From a virus (Duplodnaviria; Caudoviricetes), in IMG/VR virus record IMGVR_UViG_3300042988_002177, positions 1 through 29,805 of that record: 29,805 nt of DNA, one strand, 5' to 3'. The translations under genes were made by a program, and so were the position numbers. Below are positions 1 to 5,489 of this stretch, piece by piece. Position 1 is the first letter of the stretch. Each line of letters opens with the position of its first letter. The notes beneath the pieces were generated by a model, which saw only the letters and a list, made by a program, of their open reading frames with translations, had not been told where the DNA came from and did not search any database.

Positions 1-99
1 TACCTCACGGGTGACGAACTGAAGGCTCTCGTGGCGTCGCTGGAAAAGCAGCCCGATGGAACGGCCGATGTTTCCTCGATTCTGGCCACGTTCCTCTAA
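1..99 (+). CDS. 3' end of a hypothetical protein (truncated by window start)
   Basis: Frame 1 is open from base 1 to TAA at 97-99: YLTGDELKALVASLEKQPDGTADVSSILATFL*. Not in the ORF track. Confidence 0.6.
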   Translation, partial: YLTGDELKALVASLEKQPDGTADVSSILATFL

Positions 100-160
100 G
101 TCAACCGTTGAAAAGCCTCGTTAAATCAACACCTTAGCGGGGCTCATTCAACGGTTGACT
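99..160 (+). other. Long intergenic stem-loop (possible RNA processing or termination structure)
   Basis: Perfect 14-bp inverted repeat agtcaaccgttgaa (99-112) / ttcaacggttgact (147-160). Inner arms agcctcgttaa / ttagcggggct pair fully on the + RNA using two G:U pairs. Confidence 0.75.
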
Positions 161-188
161 GGAAAGGAAAGGGAAGGGAAGTGAAACA

Positions 189-281
189 ATGAAACGAAAC
201 GTGGCATTCGACGGCGCTGTAATTCTGGGCTTTTGGCTCACGGTTTCATGGATTGCAATCGCATTCCTTGCTATCCGCTAA
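189..281 (+). CDS. 30-aa single-pass membrane peptide
   Basis: ATG at 189 after a purine-rich leader (ggaaaggaaagggaagggaag). Translates as MKRNVAFDGAVILGFWLTVSWIAIAFLAIR*. Below the ORF-track cutoff. Confidence 0.55.
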   Translation: MKRNVAFDGAVILGFWLTVSWIAIAFLAIR

Positions 282-296
282 GAAACACGGTATAAT
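268..296 (+). promoter_or_regulatory. sigma70-type promoter
   Basis: TTGCTA (268-273), 17-bp spacer, perfect TATAAT (291-296), upstream of the 390..731 gene. Confidence 0.65.
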
Positions 297-389
297 CGAC
301 TGGAAGCAAGGGTTTCAATTCTTTCAAAACTGAATAGCCGAGCCGCAGTAAAGCAGAGTAGTCCAACCCGAAACAAAGGAGTCGAAACT

Positions 390-731
390 ATGACTGTTCG
401 CGTCATGATGAATAAGTATCCGAAAGCAGTGAGCGCAAAGAGCGGTAAGCCAATGGCTGTGGGGGAGCCGATTTACTGGGCTCGCGCATACGGAGCATGG
501 CCAATCAGTGAAGGTCCCGACCTTCCCGCCCCGCTTCCACAGAACACGGTAGCTACTCACCCTGAAACCCCAATTTCAGCCGTCGCGAAGAACAACGCAG
601 CGCTTGCAGAGCAGACCCGAATCTTCGCAGAGCAGGCGACAAACGAAGTTACCGCTCTTCGACAAATGGTCGCAAAGCTGGAAAAGCGGGTTGCCGATCT
701 TGAATACGCAATGGCAACGGTTTCGCAGTAA
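390..731 (+). CDS. Hypothetical protein with C-terminal coiled coil
   Basis: AAGGAG RBS at 376-381; 113 aa; heptad-like C-terminus (EVTALRQMVAKLEKRVADLE). Confidence 0.8.
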   Translation: MTVRVMMNKYPKAVSAKSGKPMAVGEPIYWARAYGAWPISEGPDLPAPLPQNTVATHPETPISAVAKNNAALAEQTRIFAEQATNEVTALRQMVAKLEKRVADLEYAMATVSQ

Positions 732-750
732 GTAACACGGTTGACAAACC

Positions 751-786
751 CCGGGCGCTATGATAGGCCCGGTGATGTATTTTTTG
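751..786 (+). terminator. Possible intrinsic terminator
   Basis: GC-rich hairpin ccgggc(g)cta-tga-taggcccgg (751-772), 20 bp after the stop, then tgatgtattttttg. The U-tract is not immediately adjacent to the stem. Confidence 0.45.
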
Positions 787-893
787 ACCCACCCCTTCAA
801 AAACAAGACCCCGGGTTGGCACGGTTTTTGCGGTACTGAACCCCCTAAAATATTGACATACACCCCTGTTTTTTCAACAACAATCCCAAATCT

Positions 894-939
894 ATCCCAC
901 ATCCCACACACAATATCCCACACACAATATCCCACCAAT
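894..939. repeat. Tandem atcccacacacaat repeats
   Basis: Two exact 14-mers at 901-914 and 915-928, plus partial copies at 894-900 and 929-939. Confidence 0.85.
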
Positions 940-1008
940 TCTTATTCTATTTTATCCCAAACCCTCTGTCTATCCCCTTCTTACCTTACCATGGAGTCTG
1001 CCCTATGT

Positions 1009-1064
1009 CTAGCTCTCTATCCAGCTCTCTATCTAGCCCCAGGAATACCCCTACTACCCACCCC
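1009..1064 (-). repeat. 12-mer tandem repeat followed by a G-quadruplex-type motif on the - strand
   Basis: c(t/c)agctctctat x2 at 1009-1032. The - strand of 1037-1064 reads GGGG T GGG TAGTA GGGG TATTCCT GGGG. Confidence 0.65.
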
Positions 1065-1141
1065 TATTGAAAATACCCTATAAAATGGCACCCCCGGTCT
1101 AAATACGGTCCCTAATTGGAAAAAATTTCTAAAAATTTTCT

Positions 1142-1190
1142 TAAAACCTAAAACCTAAAACCTAAACCTAGCTCTTAATAGCTCTTAATA
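1142..1190. repeat. Short tandem repeats taaaacc x3-4 and gctcttaata x2
   Basis: taaaacc taaaacc taaaacc taaacc, then gctcttaata gctcttaata (1171-1190). Confidence 0.85.
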
Positions 1191-1413
1191 CCTTATTTGT
1201 TTCCTTTATAAGCCCGGGCCTATTTGTTGTCTTATGCCAAACTATCTTATGGGGTAAAACGGTTATTTTACCCTGATTTAGGAAATAATCGACCGTGACC
1301 ATACATTCCGGGCAGGTTACCTTTGCAAAAAAGATAGTATAGTTTTTACTGGCACTATTGGGCGCATTTGTTAATTCCGTCTGTCGGACCTGTATTTTGT
1401 CCTTAAACCGCAC
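1168..1413 (-). CDS. Hypothetical protein (single CxxC)
   Basis: ORF track, 81 aa, GTG start, CPEC motif; last gene of the - strand run. Confidence 0.4.
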   Translation of the reverse strand: MRFKDKIQVRQTELTNAPNSASKNYTIFFAKVTCPECMVTVDYFLNQGKITVLPHKIVWHKTTNRPGLIKETNKVLRAIKS

Positions 1414-1532
1414 ATACCCCAGTAATTGTGAGTAAACCGTTTTTTCTCTAAAGGATACAAATAAGCATCAGCATCACTATATCTATAGTTTTGGGCAATT
1501 GTCATGCAGCCTAGTAAATGTATAATTGTCAT
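1371..1532 (-). CDS. Small hypothetical protein (53 aa)
   Basis: Manual translation MTIIHLLGCMTIAQNYRYSDADAYLYPLEKKRFTHNYWGMCGLRTKYRSDRRN*. The ATG lies 1 nt after the TAG of the upstream open frame. Confidence 0.4.
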   Translation of the reverse strand: MTIIHLLGCMTIAQNYRYSDADAYLYPLEKKRFTHNYWGMCGLRTKYRSDRRN

Positions 1533-1570
1533 CCTAAACCCAAATCCTACTATAATTATAACTATAACTG

Positions 1571-1633
1571 GCAGTTATTACAGTTAGTGCAGTTAATGCA
1601 GTTAATGCAGTTAATGTAGTTAATGCAGTTAGT
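1571..1633. repeat. 9-bp tandem repeat (gcagttaat consensus) x7
   Basis: gcagttatt acagttagt gcagttaat gcagttaat gcagttaat gtagttaat gcagttagt; encodes LTA repeats in an open - strand frame. Confidence 0.85.
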
Positions 1634-1700
1634 ACAAATCCTGCATATGCAATGCATTCAGCTAAATAAGCATTTACTCCCAAAATAGACTCAAATCCTA

Positions 1701-1865
1701 CTAAAATACCGACATAGACAGCAAGTGAAGACAGTATTGCTTTTGAAAGTCCTGAAAAGTATTCAAGATCTTGGATCTTGGATCTTGGATCTTGGTCGTG
1801 GAACTTGCATATCTACTGTAGCAATTTCTCAGTCTACGTCTAATTAGTGGGATTGCTGGAATCAT
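1701..1865 (-). CDS. Arg/Ser-rich paralogue family member 7 (short or frameshifted, 54 aa)
   Basis: MIPAIPLIRRRLRNCYSRYASSTTKIQDPRSKILNTFQDFQKQYCLHLLSMSVF*. The ATG overlaps the TAA of 1865..2170 and the IPLIRRR motif is shared with the family. Confidence 0.65.
   Translation of the reverse strand: MIPAIPLIRRRLRNCYSRYASSTTKIQDPRSKILNTFQDFQKQYCLHLLSMSVF
1767..1794. repeat. Perfect 7-bp tandem repeat gatcttg x4 inside coding sequence
   Basis: gatcttg at 1767, 1774, 1781 and 1788. Confidence 0.9.
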
Positions 1866-2170
1866 TATGTATTACTCACCTTTGATTTAGTAAAAGAATG
1901 AAACCACCAATAATAACTAAAACGCGATGTCACACTGGACTTACTTCTACCCAATCTACTTAGTTTCATTTCATTTGAATTCATACTCCACCATCTACCA
2001 CTTCGACACCCACTTCTACTACTACTGCTGCGATTTGAGCTAAAATTAGAAATGACCTTACTTGTATTTCCGGGAGTTCCGCTTGAGACTGTGATACTGC
2101 TTCTATATCTACTATATGCAGCCCTTATTCTACGTCTAATTAGTGGAATTGTTGTCATTGTATCAGTCAT
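1865..2170 (-). CDS. Arg/Ser-rich paralogue family member 6
   Basis: TIPLIRRRIRAAYSRYRS...SRFSYYWWFHSFTKS; start may be the second Met (2158). Confidence 0.75.
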   Translation of the reverse strand: MTDTMTTIPLIRRRIRAAYSRYRSSITVSSGTPGNTSKVISNFSSNRSSSSRSGCRSGRWWSMNSNEMKLSRLGRSKSSVTSRFSYYWWFHSFTKSKVSNT

Positions 2171-2429
2171 GATTATATCTTGATGCAGTTATTGACGTCA
2201 CCCAGTAATGGATAAACCTGCTGCCCATACTTTTTGTTGTACTAACTGTCCAACCTAATTTAGTTTTACTTCTAGAAAAAAGGCGAAGGTGCCGATCTCC
2301 ATTTACTACCCTACTAGCAATAGCTCCTACAGTCAAGGCGCTTCTAACCCGGCTTGCAAGACCGCTATACGCATACCGACGACTCCTACTTCTGGCTCTA
2401 CGTCTAAGTAGTGGTAAAATAAAGTTCAT
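2163..2429 (-). CDS. Arg/Ser-rich paralogue family member 5
   Basis: MNFILPLLRRR...SRFIHYWVTSIT; ATGA overlap with the upstream gene. Confidence 0.75.
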   Translation of the reverse strand: MNFILPLLRRRARSRSRRYAYSGLASRVRSALTVGAIASRVVNGDRHLRLFSRSKTKLGWTVSTTKSMGSRFIHYWVTSITASRYNHD

Positions 2430-2740
2430 TTAGCTCTCGATTTAGTGCATGAATGTAGCCAATAAAACACATTAAACCGACTTGAGGAGAGGCTCCTGCT
2501 GCTGCCAATGCGACTATTTCCTATGCTACTTGTGGTACTCCACAGAGCCGTAGGCGTTCTATCACTACAGCTTGAAGAACTCATACAACCAGCCCTGGCT
2601 CCATTTATTGCAAGACTAACACAACCCTTAATGGTTAAATCCCAACTATCGATGCTTTCCCTGCTCTTCCCCCATTTTCTTGTATATTTCCTATAAACAC
2701 TTCTGCTTCTAGGTCTTGTAGTTGGTATATGGAAGTTCAT
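2426..2740 (-). CDS. Arg/Ser-rich paralogue family member 4
   Basis: MNFHIPTTRPR...SRFNVFYWLHSCTKS. Confidence 0.75.
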   Translation of the reverse strand: MNFHIPTTRPRSRSVYRKYTRKWGKSRESIDSWDLTIKGCVSLAINGARAGCMSSSSCSDRTPTALWSTTSSIGNSRIGSSRSLSSSRFNVFYWLHSCTKSRAK

Positions 2741-2746
2741 TTAAAC

Positions 2747-3010
2747 TCATTTATTTCGGTTTGTCTTGTTTATTGACCAAAACCATAATGAAAGCCCAAG
2801 TCTATTACCTGCCCTGCTTGCTAGATTTGTTTTTGGTGCAAAGCCACTGCAGCTGAGAAAACTGCTCCCACATCCAGCTATGGTCCATTTGCTGCTTCTG
2901 GTCCTACTTCGGTATAATCCGATTTTTGACCGAGGGCTGCTCCTCATAAATCTATTATATATTCCTCTATATCTACGTCTAATTATTGGAATATGTATAT
3001 GAAAGTTCAT
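2747..3010 (-). CDS. Arg/Ser-rich paralogue family member 3
   Basis: MNFHIHIPIIRRR...LWFWSINKT. Confidence 0.75.
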   Translation of the reverse strand: MNFHIHIPIIRRRYRGIYNRFMRSSPRSKIGLYRSRTRSSKWTIAGCGSSFLSCSGFAPKTNLASRAGNRLGLSLWFWSINKTNRNK

Positions 3011-3275
3011 TATAAGTCCTGTGTTTAGTTACTGAACAAACCCAATAGTAATATCTACTCTTGCTGGTCCAACTCTTGCTCCAAAGGGAGGAAACGCAAT
3101 TCGCTCTTACATTGCTCCATACGTTGGTTCTGGAGGTTAATCTGCTCTCAGTTCTGCTGGTTTTAATACTTCTAGCCTTAACAACTCCAGCTAAATCTCT
3201 GTATCTACTGAAAACTCGTTTCTTTCTGAACGGTCCTCTATTTCTACGCCTCATTAATGGAATATAGAAGTTCAT
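2979..3275 (-). CDS. Arg/Ser-rich paralogue family member 2
   Basis: MNFYIPLMRRR...SRYYYWVCSVTKH; TAATG overlap with the upstream gene. Confidence 0.75.
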   Translation of the reverse strand: MNFYIPLMRRRNRGPFRKKRVFSRYRDLAGVVKARSIKTSRTESRLTSRTNVWSNVRANCVSSLWSKSWTSKSRYYYWVCSVTKHRTYNELSYTYSNN

Positions 3276-3595
3276 TACTTAGACCCATAGGTTATGGAAT
3301 AAATCCATGTGTATGTTATTCCATATCGACAACTATCGCTACGACTAGTCCAATTACTTCTACTCCACGTCGTGCTGGTTATTGTTGTATCAGGTCGGGA
3401 GCTTCTGACTCTGCTGTGACAACTCCTCCAGTTCCAACTCCATGAGTAATTACCACCACCTCCACTGCCTCTAGTTATACTACTGTTCCTAAGTGCGTCT
3501 GGTCTCCTATTGCAGACGCTCTTACTGCGTCCATATCTTTCATATGTAGGCCTTAAAGTGCGTCTAATTAGTGGAATATGGATATGAAAGCTCAT
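3275..3595 (-). CDS. Arg/Ser-rich paralogue family member 1
   Basis: MSFHIHIPLIRRT...YTWIYSITY. Confidence 0.75.
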   Translation of the reverse strand: MSFHIHIPLIRRTLRPTYERYGRSKSVCNRRPDALRNSSITRGSGGGGNYSWSWNWRSCHSRVRSSRPDTTITSTTWSRSNWTSRSDSCRYGITYTWIYSITYGSK

Positions 3596-3606
3596 TGGTT
3601 TATCGG

Positions 3607-3843
3607 TTATCGTTTTCTTCTAGGCTTCGGCGGTTTCTTCCAGCCACGCCGTGGGCAGCGCCCAAATGGTGGTGTCATATAGCATATCACACCGATGTCG
3701 TTCTTGTCCATCAGCCTGTCGATGTGCTGCGCCTTTGGGTCTAGATAGTCTTCAACGAAGTCCGGTATTTCATTATGCTTAGGTTCAGGTTCAGGTTCAG
3801 GCTTAGGTTTGGTTGTTTTTGTTTTCGGATTTTGCTTTTTCAT
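3607..3843 (-). CDS. Small basic hypothetical protein with PK/PE repeats
   Basis: 78 aa, KPKPEPEPEPK, basic tail; co-oriented and tightly packed. Confidence 0.7.
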   Translation of the reverse strand: MKKQNPKTKTTKPKPEPEPEPKHNEIPDFVEDYLDPKAQHIDRLMDKNDIGVICYMTPPFGRCPRRGWKKPPKPRRKR

Positions 3844-4351
3844 ATGCTTCCATAAAATCTTTTGGTTTTGCCGTAAATAGCCCTCTGGCAGCTATTTTGG
3901 CCTTATTTGTATTGTATTCCCCATTCGGGAATAGCACGCTCTTTATTTTTATCCATAGATTACGCAGTGACTTTAGTCGCATTTTTGATTTCCACCGGAT
4001 ATTATCTAATTTGGTACTTAGTTGTTTACGGTGGAGTTCATGGTATAGGAGGGAATATTTGTCTTGGTAATATTTAGCGTTTTTCAACCCTTTATTAATT
4101 ACTTCAGCTGTGTCTTTTATTTCAGCATACCGGATACGCCAATATTCTGGATTATCTTGGGCTCCAGCTATTAAAGCAAGAATTCGAACTTGTTCAGCTT
4201 TGTCGGGATATGGAGGTGCTTTATCACCTAAAAACCAGCCCAAGTTAGGGTCCCAATAGCCCCAATTTCCATAGCCCATTAACCACAATAAATCATATGC
4301 CCGGACTCGGTAGATGGACATGGCTCTGTGTAATTCTTGTTTAAATGTCAT
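3803..4351 (-). CDS. Hypothetical protein
   Basis: 182-aa ORF in the - strand gene run; no recognised motif. Confidence 0.7.
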   Translation of the reverse strand: MTFKQELHRAMSIYRVRAYDLLWLMGYGNWGYWDPNLGWFLGDKAPPYPDKAEQVRILALIAGAQDNPEYWRIRYAEIKDTAEVINKGLKNAKYYQDKYSLLYHELHRKQLSTKLDNIRWKSKMRLKSLRNLWIKIKSVLFPNGEYNTNKAKIAARGLFTAKPKDFMEAYEKAKSENKNNQT

Positions 4352-4365
4352 TTGTTTGTATTGTA

Positions 4366-4593
4366 TTAAATAAATAGTTTATAATAAACCTTGGCATGCT
4401 TTTGGCATCTATGCACCCAATACCAGTCATCTCCACCATTGATTTCATCCACTACTTCACATGGTCCTTCACATGGTCCTTCTGGAGCATTGTCGTCATC
4501 TATGTATGGGCACTCTTCACTACAACAACACTTACATTGGCTTACACTACGGTCAATTTTACAATGACGACACACCGAATTAACTATCTTCAT
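4366..4593 (-). CDS. Small Cys-rich (probable Zn-binding) protein
   Basis: CRHC, CKCCC, GPCEG, HRCQKH motifs. Confidence 0.7.
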   Translation of the reverse strand: MKIVNSVCRHCKIDRSVSQCKCCCSEECPYIDDDNAPEGPCEGPCEVVDEINGGDDWYWVHRCQKHAKVYYKLFI

Positions 4594-4970
4594 TTTTCGT
4601 TCCTAAACCACCAAAAGCGGGTTTCAGCTTCTATTTCTTGAGCAGCGGCTCTAGATACCACATCTGGACCATCACACGCAATGCATGTTAGAAAATTACC
4701 GTATTTTAATGGACTACCAGTAAAGTTAGCCAAAACAAATCTCCAGACGTCACCAACCTGAAACTTATGACCACACAACCTACACCGGAAGCCATGTCTG
4801 TTTCTATTGGTTCCCCACCTTGCCTTACAGTCTTCTTCAGTAGCAATACGGGGTTTGCCGTTAGTGAAAGATTCAATTTCCTTAAACTTCAAGTTCAAGT
4901 CCTTTAGTTGCTCTTTACCATCCTCGACTGTTAGCAACCATAGTGACTTTGTTTGATTTGGGTTAGTCAT
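4590..4970 (-). CDS. Hypothetical protein with Zn-ribbon (CxxC...CxxC)
   Basis: FRCRLCGHKF...FLTCIACDG; its stop overlaps the start of the next gene. Confidence 0.8.
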   Translation of the reverse strand: MTNPNQTKSLWLLTVEDGKEQLKDLNLKFKEIESFTNGKPRIATEEDCKARWGTNRNRHGFRCRLCGHKFQVGDVWRFVLANFTGSPLKYGNFLTCIACDGPDVVSRAAAQEIEAETRFWWFRNEK

Positions 4971-4990
4971 TTAGTCCTCTAGCATAAGGG

Positions 4991-5290
4991 TTAATCCATT
5001 TCTTCATTGATTTTGATGTCAGGACATCCCCATCTACATCCACAGCTCCGTACTAAGCAAATTTTGTAGTTATATGCAGAATCTTTCGTGCCTTTAACAA
5101 AATTGTCACATCTGGTGTAGCAACTAAACTTCATTGTTGGGGAGCATTGTGGAGCAACTTCCCTCACCTTACAAGTCGTCCCATAATTGTCCATATATTC
5201 AGTCTCTGTAAAAATAGCCGCTCCGACTGTAAAACCAAATATACTTCCAAAGACCATAAATAAAATTATAAAAAATGTATTGTATTTCAT
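4991..5290 (-). CDS. Membrane-anchored Cys-rich protein
   Basis: N-terminal hydrophobic segment (FFIILFMVFGSIFGFTVGAAIF) and 8 Cys. Start moved to ATG 5290 because the track's GTG (5314) lies within the terminal CRISPR-like repeat. Confidence 0.7.
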   Translation of the reverse strand: MKYNTFFIILFMVFGSIFGFTVGAAIFTETEYMDNYGTTCKVREVAPQCSPTMKFSCYTRCDNFVKGTKDSAYNYKICLVRSCGCRWGCPDIKINEEMD

Positions 5291-5307
5291 GAGTAATATC
5301 TTTCCAT

Positions 5308-5489
5308 CTCGCACTATACATCAGGCCTTTAATTATTACTAGCTCTTTGTTTGCCTGCATTCACTTCCGATACCGCTCTGCCCGCACTATACATCAGGCC
5401 TTTTAGCTGCTGCGAGCACAAGCTGGCAGGCTCGAATCAGGGCTAATGGCATCCCCGCACTATACATCAGGCCTTTTAGCTGCTGCGAG
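5308..5489 (-). CRISPR. Minimal CRISPR-like array: 3 repeats, 2 spacers
   Basis: Identical 36-bp repeats at 5454-5489 and 5381-5416 (- strand CTCGCAGCAGCTAAAAGGCCTGATGTATAGTGCGGG). Degenerate 35-bp copy at 5308-5342 (CTAGTAATAATTAAAGGCCTGATGTATAGTGCGAG). Unrelated spacers of 37 bp (5417-5453) and 38 bp (5343-5380). Repeat ends are complementary (CTCGCA/TGCGGG). Abuts a RuvC nuclease gene. Confidence 0.85.

Noticed and set aside
741-884. Perfect TTGACA hexamers at 741 and 853
   Set aside because: Neither has a good -10 at 16-18 bp; TATGAT at 759 is only 12 bp from the first.
576-1083. ORFs 576..938 (-) and 760..1083 (+)
   Set aside because: They cross low-complexity tandem repeats, have biased composition and no clear RBS, and the first overlaps a better-supported gene.
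1142-1170. taaaacc repeats resembling eukaryotic telomere repeats
   Set aside because: Only 3-4 imperfect, internal copies in an otherwise prokaryotic-virus context.
2508-3445. Leu-rich + strand ORFs (2508..2696, 2766..3002, 3061..3267, 3257..3445) that look like membrane peptides
   Set aside because: They are antisense shadows of the AGN-codon-rich Arg/Ser genes, which have the shared motifs and coupled start/stop codons.
1833-3595. Periodic cgtctaattagtgg motif as a second CRISPR array or attC-like cassette sites
   Set aside because: Spacing of 260-320 bp is far too long for spacers, the motif is degenerate, and it always encodes the same in-frame IPLIRR peptide; no integrase is present.
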